Source: Tubulanus polymorphus
Lineage: Eukaryota > Animalia > Nemertea
Direction: 5' to 3'
Assembly: GCF_964204645.1 (NCBI RefSeq)
Contig: NC_134026.1
Span: forward strand, 11,183,950-11,247,949
DNA length: 64,000 nt
Under the pieces are notes generated by a model, which saw only the letters and a list, made by a program, of their open reading frames with translations, was not told the origin of the DNA and did no database searches. Shown piece by piece: positions 25,752 through 39,869 of this stretch. Both the position numbers and the translations under genes were made by a program. Position 1 is the first letter of the stretch, and every line of letters begins with the position of its first letter.

Positions 25752-26899
25752 ATGGATGGATGGATGGATGGATGGATGGATGGATGGATGGATGGATGGA
25801 TGGATGGATGGATGGATGGATGGATGGATGGATGGATGGATGGATGGATGGATGGATGGATGGATGGATGGATGGATGGATGGATGGATGGATGGATGGA
25901 TGGATGGATGGATGGATGGATGGATGGATGGATGGATGGATGGATGGATGGATGGATGGATGGATGGATGGATGGATGGATGGATGGATGGATGGATGGA
26001 TGGATGGATGGATGGATGGATGGATGGATGGATGGATGGATGGATGGATGGATGGATGGATGGATGGATGGATGGATGGATGGATGGATGGATGGATGGA
26101 TGGATGGATGGATGGATGGATGGATGGATGGATGGATGGATGGATGGATGGATGGATGGATGGATGGATGGATGGATGGATGGATGGATGGATGGATGGA
26201 TGGATGGATGGATGGATGGATGGATGGATGGATGGATGGATGGATGGATGGATGGATGGATGGATGGATGGATGGATGGATGGATGGATGGATGGATGGA
26301 TGGATGGATGGATGGATGGATGGATGGATGGATGGATGGATGGATGGATGGATGGATGGATGGATGGATGGATGGATGGATGGATGGATGGATGGATGGA
26401 TGGATGGATGGATGGATGGATGGATGGATGGATGGATGGATGGATGGATGGATGGATGGATGGATGGATGGATGGATGGATGGATGGATGGATGGATGGA
26501 TGGATGGATGGATGGATGGATGGATGGATGGATGGATGGATGGATGGATGGATGGATGGATGGATGGATGGATGGATGGATGGATGGATGGATGGATGGA
26601 TGGATGGATGGATGGATGGATGGATGGATGGATGGATGGATGGATGGATGGATGGATGGATGGATGGATGGATGGATGGATGGATGGATGGATGGATGGA
26701 TGGATGGATGGATGGATGGATGGATGGATGGATGGATGGATGGATGGATGGATGGATGGATGGATGGATGGATGGATGGATGGATGGATGGATGGATGGA
26801 TGGATGGATGGATGGATGGATGGATGGATGGATGGATGGATGGATGGATGGATGGATGGATGGATGGATGGATGGATGGATGGATGGATGGATGGATGG
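25752..26899 (+). repeat. (ATGG)287 microsatellite
   Basis: 1148 bp, no interruption seen, starting at the base after the right TIR. Confidence 0.97.
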
Positions 26900-27360
26900 A
26901 TATTTAATATACATATTTAATATAGTTAACTTCAACTTACTCAGACATGGCAAAAAACCAAGACATTTTTCTGATCTTTAACTGGGAATTCACCGACCTC
27001 GGACCCATTTTGCCATTCCCAGTTTGTCTGAGTTAGGCGAGATTTACTGCATATAAAATCGATGAATTTCATTTCTATGAAAGTGTATATGAAATATATG
27101 AACTATATTTTTTTAATATTTTCCCTGCTCACTTGGAGGAAAGGGCGGCGCGCGTACCTGCCTCTCCAGTGTACGTGGGTATTACGGAAAATGCAAAATT
27201 GTAGGCAAAAAAATTCCTACTTTCTTAGGGAAATTCTTGCAAAAGGGGCACCTGATTTGTTTAAAAGGGCAAGATTTTCTTGGCATAAGGGACGTTCTCA
27301 AACATACCAAAACCACATCATACCAGCAGTTTTAGCCGTTTTTATTGAAGAATAGATAAC

Positions 27361-27883
27361 ACTTGGAAAGAGATTAATTGGTTAGAGGGCTGTCAGAAAC
27401 ACCCAAGATTTGAAAAATATCTTGGGGGTTGCAAAGCCCGTGATTGCCCAGTTAACCAACCGAACGACTCGGCAGCCAGCGAAGCAAATAATACTCGTAA
27501 GAACCGTGATTCCGAGGATAATGTTAATTCAATTGATAAAATTCTGTTATTCGGTGACTCTAATTTACGGGACAGCGAAGTTCCCACAGGCGTTTATGAA
27601 ACGATATCTTCACTCCTCGATAAAGCCGATACCGTGGTTCCTGATGCGTCATCCGCTATTGATGTACCTACACACCTGGGTCCAGTTCCACAGTTCTGAG
27701 TTAAGATTTGACTCGTAGTTAACTCATCGAAAATGAGTCAGTTCCACAGCTCCGAGTTAAGATTTGACTCTGAGTTAACTCATTGAAAGGGAACTAACTT
27801 AAACTCGGACTGGACTGTGGAACTGGATCCTGGATACCGACGATGAAAACGAAAACCAGAATGACACTGACGCAGTCCAGTAA
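27361..27883 (+). pseudogene. Remnant of an SGNH/GDSL esterase-like domain (LINE ORF1-type), split by a MITE
   Basis: Frame from 27361 reads ...KILLFGDSNLRD...DVPTHL[MITE]DTDDENE..; resembles SGNH block I (GDS) and a degenerate block III (HxGTND). Confidence 0.4.
27679..27829. mobile_element. 151-bp MITE, PIF/Harbinger-like (CWG target)
   Basis: TIR GGTCCAGTTCCACAGT / ACTGTGGAACTGGATC; CTG TSD at 27676-27678 and 27830-27832; internal ~56-bp direct repeat. Confidence 0.75.
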
Positions 27884-28151
27884 ACATATTAGCGTTAGCT
27901 ACGGCTACAGAGCATAACCCTAATGCGCACGTTCGTCTATCCAGTTTCCCCAAAAAGGAGGCCTCAAAATCGGCAAGGAATTTGATACGGCTACGTTAAG
28001 TAACATGAGTAACTTTAATGAACCAGACATATATAATTTTTTACTTTATTTCTCCTGATCACCAGGGAGTTCTTTATTTTTCTCACATTGTTAGTAGTGT
28101 GAAGACGTAAATAGGCTTACTTATTTTTCAAGTTTAATGAATATGGTGTAT

Positions 28152-29412
28152 TTAGGGTTTCTGCTGCTTTCGTAGAAACCCTCTTGTAATTCTGTTGATT
28201 ATTATTATTATTATTGTTAATTTTCCACTTTCCAGCCAACGATTTTTCATAAAATATAACTCCTCTGGGATTCGTCTTCTAACAGCTTATAAACGTAATT
28301 TTCAATTCAGTCAGAAATATAACTCAGCGCCTGACCATTTCGAATTTGCGTATAGTTATTCATAATGAATTAATCCCGCGTAATTACCGGGTCTAAGCAG
28401 CGACAAGAATGACACAAAGAATCGTCATCCATTGATAAAAGTGCAACCCGAAAAGCCTAAAATTACCGGACGACCTTGAGCATCAACTCAACCGTTAATC
28501 ACGGATTCGGAGACGCGTCAATTCTCGCTATCTGATTCATATAATATGAACGAATCAAAAAGCCGCCATTTTGTTTTCGCAAATCACGTTATCGGACTGA
28601 TATAAGTCCTGATCCGTCATTTCCCGTTTCTGTTCCATCTATCGCCTCTTTATGATTGGCATAAACCTCAACAATAGAACATCAGATATTGAAATCCTAA
28701 ATCAAATTACTACAGATCGTGAGCAGTGGAAAAATAAAGTACACAACATCATGGCGCAGCGGCGCTTGCTGATGTAACTGATGACTATCGCCGCCATTTT
28801 GTACCACCAGTATATCTTCCGATTGGCAGATGAACTCAACATTACATAAATCGCTTCAAAGACATCGACGCAGTTGATGCCACATCCATGTTCGAATCCC
28901 GACGATGCAATAATTTTGTTACCTATAATTCCATCTTTGTGATTGGAGTAAATTAATGTTCATTAATTATAAGTTCGTTTTCAAAGTTGTTATACTTTAA
29001 ACATAATATGTACAATATGTAAACTGTCACTGATAAATGAAAACAAAAACAACTTTGTTTAAAATGGTTGTTTATTTCTGAATGCAAATTCCTCACTGAA
29101 CAAATTGATGCATCAAGGTAGTTAGTATTAACGAAACTATGGATCAAAACTAGTTCATGCAACTGCCACCAGGGGACTTTGAAAGAACCATATTTTTGGT
29201 TACGTAGCCATTTTGGAACATCAATACTTTTTACATGGTAGCCCTTGTATGTAGCTGGATCCACATATCCAGCATATTGTCGACGTAGGTTGCGCTTCTT
29301 GGAAATAAGTCATATGTTATGGACTGATTAGAATTATTTCGATGACGCTTCCCAGTGCGATATATGAACCAGTTAGGCAGGAACCAGTTTTCGCTGCTAT
29401 GCAGCTATATTT
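28152..29412 (+). mobile_element. Second HINE/DINE-1-like family element
   Basis: 5' TTTAGGGTTTCTGC...GTAGAAACCCT inverted pair, then (ATT)n; 3' GCAGGAACC subTIR followed by hairpin GCTGC-TAT-GCAGC and a T-rich end. Confidence 0.6.
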
Positions 29413-29442
29413 TCACTTGTAATTCAGTATTTGATTATCAGG

Positions 29443-30956
29443 GGTGTTGTCATATCGCGGAATGACGGAATCGCGGAATTTTTAAAAAACACGGAATTTC
29501 TTTACTATCACTATAATAGTAACTCGATTTTCCCGCGGGGATAACCGGTATCGAATCCCAATACTATCTGACATTATTTTATGATACCGTTCACTGGCTG
29601 CCAGTTAGCAGCTGCAGCAGCAGTCAGAATGTAGTCGGACAAAGAGATCGGCACCAGGGCAAACATCAGTTATCGAAGTTAATCGACTTTTTGCGATCTT
29701 AGTAGGTTTGCGTACGGTCGCTCTAGGTTGGGCCGTACGTAGTTTTAGATGGCTGCAAACATTAAATGTGCTACGACCAAACATTACCGCGGTTCCTTAA
29801 AAATTATTTTGATAGAAACCGCCGTCTAGTACCAGTAATATGTTTTTGTCCCAAGGAATCAACACGGAGAAGCAACTAAGTAACAGCTTTCTCTTCACAA
29901 ATAACGGAGTCGAAAAAAGATACCATTTTAAATATAATCTTTAATATCATTTAATTCTTATTGACTCTTCTAGATACACCACACTCGCATAAATCACAAT
30001 TTAGATGCTCGAGACGCATCAAAAATCCAAAGCATAAATAATGATCTGTTTTCGTTTGACATCGTTCATTTTGGGATTTTTCTCTTGACCGTTTAAAAGT
30101 CTTAGTACGACCAGTGGAACAGTGCAGTCTAAATAAACTATCGTTCTTATATCCATTTTACAATGCAGTATTTATTAGATTAATTAAAGGTTTATTAATT
30201 GTAACATACACAGAGCGTCTCACCCGACGCACTGCCTTGGGCACAGGCCCAGGCCCGATGCACAAGTTACTGTGATGGGGTCAGCAGGCAATGTTGATAG
30301 ATTAATTGCCCACGTAGGTTCTCCATTTTCTCGTTTGGAAGTATCGTTAATTTGTTGAGTTACGATAGTAATAGATTAGATCGCATATGCCTACCAGGTA
30401 CCGGAAATGAAAACACGTGTCCGATTCCTTGTCCAACAAGGGATATCATGTGGAAAAACACCGTTACTATCTATAGTGAAAATTGATAGGAAATGAACGT
30501 TGGAAGATTCTTCTCCAGTGAACAGTGTACTTTATTCTTCTCTCCAGTTTCGTCTTCTGGTGTCTCGGTGTGTCTGATCTCTCTCTCTCTCTCTCTTAGA
30601 TTTCGGGGCCCCTCCTTATATTAGCCACTCGCCAGACTGCCACGTCAGCCAGCGTATTTGTCTAATTCTTCTTATGGCAACAGCAACCCGTTTTGTCTAA
30701 TTCTTGTTATGGCAACCCAAACTTGTATTGAGTTCAAATAAATATAATTCTAATACGGGTTCAACCATAATTCAACGACGATAGGGTTCAACCACCGTTT
30801 TAAATAATATGCAGCTGCTGTTACACTTTTTCCTTAATTGAATCTTATTGATTAACTTCCCAATATAAATATTATTATTTATTTCCCTAATGAAATGAAG
30901 AAATTCCGTGTTTTTGAAAATTCCGCGATTCCGTCATTCCGCAATATGACAACACC
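29443..30956. mobile_element. Non-autonomous TIR element (~60-bp TIRs, Mutator-like)
   Basis: GGTGTTGTCATATCGCGGAATGACGGAATCGCGGAATTTT... vs ...AAAATTCCGCGATTCCGTCATTCCGCAATATGACAACACC; TSD not preserved. Confidence 0.75.
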
Positions 30957-31099
30957 GTTATGGCAACACCGGATAGTCAGTGTATATTACATGGAGAAAG
31001 TTTTAGTGTGTCAACTTATTGGTTATAATAGTATATTTAAATCTCATGTAAATGAAAAAGGTGGTAGTTTGTTCTCTTTATCAAGAACGAGTTTAATTT

Positions 31100-32790
31100 C
31101 AAACCCCGATCTGATTTTCCGTTTGATTTTGTAACTTTTGAATCTGGAACTTCATCTGGATAAAAACTCAAATTTAGTCGTGTCTTCCGCCCGCCAGGTG
31201 AAAAGTTGATAACTTTAAAATGAGTCGGATATTTTGTTAGATAAAATTAGTGGAGAAAAGAAACTGTGTTATCTAAGTGGTGATTTTAACATCGACCTTT
31301 TAATATGTTGTGATTTTAAACAAACAAGATTATTTTTCAATTCGTTCTTATTCCGTTTCTCCAATTGATAATACCACTAGGGTTACAAAAAACTCCTCTT
31401 CATTGATTGATAATATTTGTTTAAAAAATTTGATCCCTGTTCATGAATCCGGTATTGTATACATATCTATCTGATCATTTTCCAGAATATCCTGTGTGCT
31501 ATTCTGATGTTCCAGTTCCGAATAAGCAACCTTTTAGGAAACGTAATTTTTGTGAGCGTAATATTCTAAAGTTTCGTAGGTTTGCCATGTTGACCCTGAT
31601 GAATCTTACCGTCTCTTCATGAAAATATTCAATATCGCTTATGAAAAATCTGTTCCTTTTATATGCACATCGATTCGAAGAATCTGGAGTTCAATAAACC
31701 ATGGATATCTACATGTTTAATTCGATCGATCAATGAAAAAATCGTGAAATTAGTTAACTTAGTTGTATTAGGGAGAAATTCGTCCTCAAAATGACCTGAC
31801 TTTTTTATTTCTAACAACCAGACAATAAAGTTATGTATTGTAAATATCCCTTTGTCCCATACCTGACTTTTTTTATTTCTAACAACCAGACAATTAAGTT
31901 ATGTATTGTAGATATCCCTTTGTCCCATATTCTCAACTGTAGTTTACAAACAGGCATCGTTCCTTCTAACCTGAAAATAGCTAAAGTGTGTCCCTTATTC
32001 AAAAACGGGGAAGTTTCCTCTTTTGATAACAATCGGGCCCTATATTTCGGTTCTTCCACGAAGTTCTGCCCGAAGTCTTGGAATTTTAAATCGATTGAAA
32101 AAAAAATTCCCACATAATTGCTGTCTACACTTTTAGGCTAGAAATTACGACTACAATCTTTAAGCCGTTGATCCTTATTACAAAAGCGCGCTATTAGAAT
32201 TATTAGCAAGTCGCACTCTCCTGAACATACCGAGCCTATCTTTAAAAGACTCAAAATTCTTAAATTCAAGGATACTGCCAAGTTTCAGGTATCCATACTT
32301 TTGCATAACTACATCAGAGTTACCTAGTTCTTATAATCCCTATTTAAAAAAAAAACAACACTTTTCACAGTTATGCCACTCGAAATAATTACTCGTTTCG
32401 CATCGATAGATTTAAAACCAATGAAGTGAAATTCTCTGTCAAAGTATCTTGTCCTACAGTTTGAAAAATCTACCTAAGCACTTAAGAAATATTCCAAGAA
32501 ACCATTTTTTCAAGCTCAAATTAAAACATTATTTAATCGATCAATGACTCAGAGTCTGTATTATTTATCGTTTTTATCATTATGGTTTCTGTCATCTATC
32601 ACTTCAATATGCGTACGCGTGTGTGTGTGCGTGTGTGCTATGTGTGAGCGCGTGTGAGTGTGGTTCTTTGAGTGTTGGGGGACTTGTACGTACGTTTGAT
32701 ATAAGTCTTAGCTGGTTTCTTCAAGTCTCCCCTGCTCAATATTAGAATAGTTCATTTAACTTCATTTTTTTATAACGTATAATAATATGT
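31100..32790 (+). mobile_element. Decayed non-LTR retrotransposon (CR1/L2 group) ORF2 with most of RT deleted
   Basis: APE motifs YLSGDFNIDLL, PTRVTKNSSSLIDNI, SDHFP; pre-RT IPLSHILNCSLQTGIVPSNLKIAKVCPLFK; C-terminal LQKRAIRII...HTEPIFKRLKILKF; many frameshifts; ~67-bp duplication at 31794-31928. Confidence 0.85.
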
Positions 32791-35700
32791 TGTAATATTT
32801 CGTGGAAATGAATTATTATTGTTATCATGAAGTACATTGTGTACAAGTGCCCTTAAAACGTAGAAACGGCCTTATTTTTTCGTTCAAACACCGTCTGGAA
32901 TTTCCCCTGCACCGCCTTGCAGAGGAATCCCTCATTGCATCATCAATTTGTCTCTCAGAACCCACGCATTCCATGCACATAACAGTTTCTATTCTTTTGT
33001 AGAACTGTGACTACATTAATTTTGGACCTCTGTTTTCTTATCTGAATCATTCGGGAAAGAAACATTTTTTTATTGATTGATGAACTATGATGATTATTCA
33101 TAGCAGCTTGTTCCATTTCTCTATCAGTAAAATGAAAATTTTACAAACAAACGATGAAACTGGACGTATCGGCCACACTCCTCGCGGTTGTGCCACCGCG
33201 CGGGATTTACGCGAAGCAGCAAACACAAACATGGCCACTCTCTCAATTTTCAATGATAGAAATCGTGTGTGCATTTCAATTATTTCGGCTGTTAGGGTTT
33301 TAAGGCACAATATAAGTTGATGATGTGATATGGCGAAGTTAATTAATGATAATTCCGCAGTGAAGCTAGTCACGAACGGTGCCGATTGAGTGTACAGCTG
33401 CCAAAAACACTGAAATGTGCGTAGTTGCGTAACTATTTGCAGTGAATTGCAGACGAAACGTGAAGCCTTAACGGCCGTTTAAAAAAAAATTATACTTATC
33501 GAATGTAAAATAAAAATGAGATAGAACCTAAGTTAAAATTCTGGCCATTTCTAAAATGTTATTACTAATTTTTAGTCAGTGCCGAACGTTTAGTTTTCCA
33601 ACAATAATGAGGGGTGGTAGGTAGTCATGCAATTCACGTCATCATTTATTACACGTTACTTCCGTGTTGTTGAAAATCTCGCGAGTCCTGGATCAAACCC
33701 CATTGAACAATGTGATCTGTGTGCTGGCCACAAATGCACACAGATAACACTTCGCTACCCATTACACACTCCAGTACCCACAGCTTTCATATATCCATCC
33801 AAATATTTAGAGTGTCTTTCTTCCTGGATTTGCATATGATTTGAATATTCGACGTCGACCATGGTGGCTCAAAAAACACTACACTACACGTGAAAAGTGT
33901 CCTCAGTAATACATTGCTACCAATCGGCGCTATATGGTCGAATTGGTTCAAGTGTACACTGAATGAATCCTCGTTGCAGCACCGAAACCAACGTTGTTGA
34001 ATTGTACCACTTGCACTGTCTTATGTCTATGGCGCAATATAAGCCGCGATCATACGGAGACGATTTGGCCCTGGCTCGATCAGGCTCGGGCCAAATTTGG
34101 CCCGTGCCTAATTAGAGAGCGCGTTCACACGCAAACCATTCACTCGATACTCAACAATGCTCAAACAAAGCGAAGTGGATCATTTCCGGTGCTAGTCGCA
34201 ATTCAAACGCAATCATTTGTCTGGTGCTAAAATTAGGCTCGGGCCTGGTCCAACGTTTTTGGTCGGGCCAAATTTGGCCCGGGCCAAACATGCTCGTCGG
34301 CCCATTTGGCACCCGTGTGAACAGTTGTTCAGGGCCAAATTTGGCATAATCTGGATACAACGGTGTTCAAATCGAAGAATAGCCTTGTTTGGCGTTACCA
34401 CTTATCGCAATTATCACCAGTTGACTTCAAGCAATTAAATCTCCATGCAGTAGTTTTTGCAAGAGACGCTGGGGCAATCCATCGGGAAACCGTTTTGTTT
34501 GATCAGTTGTTGTTTGGTAACAGCATCCCATGCGTCATGGTTTAACTGTGATCGAATTGAAATGCAACGTAGCGTTTATAATCCCATGGAACAATGCGTT
34601 TAAACGTCGGTTGCCAACCTACGGTGGCCGCGTTATCATGCGTGCGGAGAAAACAGCTTCAGAATGGATGCATAATGGTTATTGGATAACACATTAATGA
34701 GAAAGTCGGGAGTAAATATATTACATTTCTAACTGTTCTCGTTCAGGACCTGAAACGCATCCATCTCCATTCTCAAAAAGAGGCTCGCGAGGCCACCTAT
34801 ATATCACGATCGTTATTTGGTAAGCATGAAATACCTTTTTTGATAGGTGAACACCCCTTTCTGAACTACGAAATAAAGTTTGTTTTTGAGACACTGATCT
34901 TATCCTCAATTGTCGTTTATTTACCCTGTCATTACGGTAGGTGCATCACTTTTCGTCAATCGATTTTTATTTAAGCGGTCGAAATTCAAATTGGTAGAAA
35001 CCTGTTACTGTCTACTATATATGTTATCACCAAGACAATTAGCAAGAATCATTTAGAATCCCAATACAGTGAAATCGTGTCGTAAACATATTAAAGTTAT
35101 GACAACCCCGCATTACTAGACACGATGTTTCGATAAATCAAGCTTTTGTTTTCTAGACTGTATTAATTGTTTAATGAATCAAAGATAGGTTGATGTGTGA
35201 AACCACCTCTGGCAATATCAATAATATGTTCTGCCTTTTACCTTTTCGGTACATGCAGTTGCTTAAATAGGGGTGAAGATCTATAAGTTAAGTGAAAAGC
35301 TAACCCTCGTGATACAATCCAAACGAAATAACTGCAAACACTGGCAATGTTGAATAACATAGCCCGACGTGGAAAAGCAATAGAGAATCAATGGATGTCA
35401 ACAAAATATGAAAATGTAAATCCGTATCACCATCGTAACATGTAAGCAACAGGATATTGGAACTGCAGAACTTGATTTGAGTGTGAATAGCGGCAAAATC
35501 TAATGAACCTATCGGCACTGTACTAATTCAGGCATCATTGGTTTTTTGGAGATAGATATCCATTCGTCTCAAGTGTATGGGTTGTTAACGCAAAGCTGCT
35601 GCTCTACACAAGACGCCCTTGTAATTCCGCCCTTTTTACACAGTTATCTTAAGTTCACGTACGCATTCAATCTTTTAGTTCTGATATTCACTACTAGCGG

Positions 35701-38700
35701 GTGATTATTGCGATTAGCATTTTAAGACAAGGGGAACGTGTTGAGAGTAGTACATCGAGAAAATACATACAGACATATCAGAATTACGGGAGCTTTTTGG
35801 TGAATATGGGAACACTGAAAAAATGAGAAATTATAGGAATATAGAATTGATTGGTCCCCGATATACATTCGCAGAGCCGACAGGAGTGGAGACGACGGTC
35901 CATAAGTCATCAATAATTAATATCTGAAATACTCGAGATTGGCCTCCAGCCATTTATGTTTTAAACGACAATTGTAACAATTTCATGGATCGTGGAAATG
36001 TATCCAGATTTCTAGATCTCATCGTCGCGTCATGTTGGCTTTAAAAGCAGTCTCGTTACTTGGCGAGACAAGTGATATGATGTCATAATCTGAAAGTATC
36101 ATGATACAATCAAAGAAATGAGACGGTCCGTATCTATCGTGTATCGTGTATGTAGTGTTAATTGAGTGTGAGCGGGACCGGTCTCGTTCTTTCTGCGGAA
36201 TAAAGACTATTGCTTCACATCTGTTGTTCTGGTTTTGTGAATGTAAATTGACCCTCCAAAGATGTCATCGGTCCCCGCTTGTTAAAACACAGGGAGAAAC
36301 GTTACAGAAAGTTATTAATTTGAATTTGACCATCGAAAAACAGTCAATCTGAACAAATAATGAAGAAAGGCTAAATTGGCTAATCGAGTACAAATTATAT
36401 AGCAGTGCTTTATATGATTGTAACTGCTTATTAGTGCTTAAATGATATGGATACCCAACACGAAGTGGTGTATCTTTGACTTTTAACGGCAAATTGTGTA
36501 AAATTATCATCATTTCTATTGATAATCGTACAGAACTTGATGAATGCTGCAAATACTGTATAAATATCCCATTTCTTTCTTACAATGTTATCAGTTATAT
36601 CATCTTGAAATGAAAATGTCAGGAGGAACTGCCCATACTACCATACCAGGGATTCAGTGATTGTTCCCAATTGCACTCAGTTGATCAGTGAGCTCGGTCG
36701 ATGATTGTTCATTTGATTCATTGTTCACGCATCTCCGGTTCCAATACAGCTCATAATTGCTTATTTGAATATAACCTGCATTGACGACGTCAAAATCGCT
36801 CATAAAATCTGGAATATCGTCGCTAGCTGCATTTTCCAATAGTGGCTTCTTGACTCTCAGTCGAATTGATCTCAGCAAGATAATGCAGCGGTTAGTATCT
36901 TATCCTGACTGAGAAAATAGGAAACGATATATTAAGTTTAACAATTCTAACTTGAACCAGAAATATTTGTATTCCACAAATGCACCGTAGTTGCCTTTAC
37001 AAGGACCATCAATGTGCGAGTAAAACGCCAGATCCTCTTTCTTAATTGGTGAGTTTCAGAGTTCGGAACACATACTGCACGCACTGGACAACAATAAAAG
37101 TGAAGGTCTAGTGTCGAAAGGTTTTCAGATCAGTTTGTTGTTGTGGAACGTACGAACAGCCAATATTGTCAGGGATTTCACGTGCTTCATCGGGCATCAT
37201 GTTCACCGCTGGGGATGTTTTTTGCTGGTTCGATGAAAGAACCTTCTCCAAACCCCTACTGCATCGATACTCGCGATAACTCAACAACAGTACCTGTGTC
37301 CCGTAGCTTTATGGTTGGTTGTTGCGCGAATGGAAAAGTCGTAAAACCTCACTAAATTAATATCATATTACGCGCAGGAATATGCACACTACACTAGATG
37401 CAGTCATCCCGGACCATCTGATCAGCAAATGTACGATCAGCCATCCATTATTAATGACAAGGAAATTTTGGACTAGTAAATTTGCAGATTCGTACAGGAT
37501 GTGGGGTAATGTGTGATATTCAGATAGGTATAAAGCAACTCCGATTCGCATGCAACGGTGATATAGTCTCTGTGTGTGACATGTTCCCATAACAACTTCT
37601 GCGACGCCTTTCCTCGCCCGTAACTGCTCTCGGAAATGGGTACTTACCATGTATTTCGAGTTTTCGATGATTTTGAGCAGCACATCTTCAATATGCGTTA
37701 CCGTTAAGCACAAATCTACGGATACGTCATTTGCCAATACTAAACATTGTCAGGATTCCGTCAACTACAGAAGAGCGTTGTCGGCTTAGACAGGAAACTA
37801 ATGATAACAACTTTATTATCTATTCGGGTATGTACGAAACCATTACAATGTGCATTAATCTTGAAGCGAAGATGATATTTGTGTCTCATATAACTACAGA
37901 AGATTATATGTCGCTTAAAATTTCCTCAAGTTGAACTATCATATTCCAGTCATGTTCTCAGTTTAGTCCAACCATCAACCATGTTATTGTAAATTTCCAA
38001 TACAGGCGTGATAATGCGGTCGGCTATACTCTTACGACTATCGAGCAAGTAAATGAGGAAATTAACCAAAGAATATGCTCCGCAAAGCAGTATCGATAAT
38101 CAATCGAAAGTAAAATCCGTGAAGGTCTTTCAAGTAAACGTGCTTTTATTTTGAGAATGGGCGTTCTGAAACTACGCTCCCAATATCAAAAGTGGATATA
38201 AAATCGTTGCAGAAAAATTCTACATTAGAAACCACTTCTGAAAGCATTCCGGCTGCGTTTATTTACTTTATTCATCCTTGAAATTGTGAGTTTGACGCGA
38301 TGGAAATATTTGCTCACATTTTTGAATTAGCATTCTGGTAGATGAAGTACTTACAAGTGGCTAGTATGTTTTCGTCGCGATGAGGTGCATATTCAATTTA
38401 TCAATCAAACATCTTTCACTTTTAGTTATGGTCCGTTAACAGTGTCGTTTCATCTCGTCCTGAGTCGACAAACTACTATGCTATAGCTTAGCAATAACCA
38501 TCGGCCGATGGAAATATCTGACAAAATAGATAGGGATCATTAATTCTTGACGAAAAATCCTGAAAAGGCTATGCTTAAGGAACTACAGGAACAGAACGTG
38601 AACAATGTTTTACTTAATTCAAATGGCTTAAAGCCAGTACCTTTAAATGCAACTATGAAAAACTTTGAAAAGGCTTGTTATCTTCATGCCATACGCGTTA

Positions 38701-38924
38701 ACTGTAAAATTGACTGGTTGCATCGTGACGAGGTATTTCGAGTATCCAAAATGACCGCTAGTCAACTTTCTTGAATGCAACTTTACAGGGTTCGGTTGCA
38801 CAGAAAATGATTTTTCACTTGTAAGATAATCAATTAGATAAATTTTGTGTTGTTATGATATGACAGGTCAATATCGTCATGTAAGACTGCTCAGTGTTGA
38901 ATCCAGATGGCCAGTCGTCATTTC

Positions 38925-39141
38925 AGCGAGCGGTGTGGGAAGCCATGTCGTGGATTCGAGTCCCGTTACCGTAGTGTCCCCGGGCAAGACACTTATCCTC
39001 ATTGCCTCTCTTCACCCAGGAGTAGAATGGGTACCTGGCTTGATAGATGACTCCTAAGCGCTTAGTAGCTTAATACAAAGTTGGAGCGCATCTGAACTCA
39101 CTCAGGTTAGGATACCTGCGCTGTATAAATGTCAATTATTA
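38925..39141 (+). mobile_element. tRNA-derived SINE
   Basis: B-box-like GGATTCGAGTCCC (~38951), central GTGTCCCCGGGCAAGACACTT...CACCCAGGAGTAGAATGGGTACC, L2-like tail TGCGCTGTATAAATGTCAATTATTAT. Confidence 0.7.
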
Positions 39142-39869
39142 TCGTCATGCCCTCGATCATGAAAATGTGGTATAGAAAACATTGATTAGTCAAAAGTTTT
39201 ATTTATTTTTTCTTTATTTTGAAGTGAGTTTGAATTTCAGGCCACTTTTTGCATTAACAAAACAGTTTGATTTTGCTGTTTTTCCTTAATTCGCCTTAGT
39301 TAAACCACTTGAATCATTGAATTTGGTGAAATCCAATGATTTGGTTCACGTTTTTTCTTCCTGGGGAGAAAGCAGTTCAATATCGCATCTTCTGAAACGG
39401 TGGTTTTTTAAATCCTTGCCGTTATTCGAAACAAACGTGGCACATGATTTATGGAAGACAAGGACCGTGAGTCTTGAAAATATCACATATCCTTAGTTGG
39501 CACACGTTACTCTCAAATATTTAAAACAAAGACAGTTATTTTGAAGTGATGGCACATATTTTTGAGACTGTGAAGAATGAAAATTAGAGTTAGCAAACAT
39601 ACAAATTTGGCTATTTCTTATATTGAATTCAAAACTGTGCAGTCATGGTGTTATTGACCTGGAATCTTCTACCCAGAAAATAGACGTCCGATTACATTAT
39701 AATCACACAAGCTTGTATCCAAATGATCATCTTATTAGTGAAATAGTAGATTAGTAGGTAATTGATTACCATTTTCTGGAACACCCTGTATACCATACAC
39801 TGGAACACCCTGTATACCATACACTTTATATGCAGACACAAGTAACTCCACATAAAAATCTGTATGTAT

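Noticed and set aside
25752-26899. Telomeric or interstitial telomeric array
   Set aside because: ATGG is not a metazoan telomere repeat that I know of, and the arrays are tied to TIR ends.
25709-26981. ~400-aa MDGW/HPSI-repeat ORFs (also at 17910-18317)
   Set aside because: Artefacts of (ATGG)n, which has no stop codon in any frame.
30200-30825. Possible solo LTR (TGTAAC...GTTACA)
   Set aside because: No TSD and no partner LTR or internal sequence; cannot be supported.
34060-34345. Repeated GGGCCAAATTTGGCCC palindromes and overlapping short ORFs
   Set aside because: Probably a decayed Harbinger-type MITE, but ends and TSD could not be defined; ORFs are not gene-like.
36654-37740. Possible minus-strand exons (ATG|GTAAGT donor near 37648; 74-aa ORF)
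   Set aside because: No consistent splice phases and no recognisable domain.
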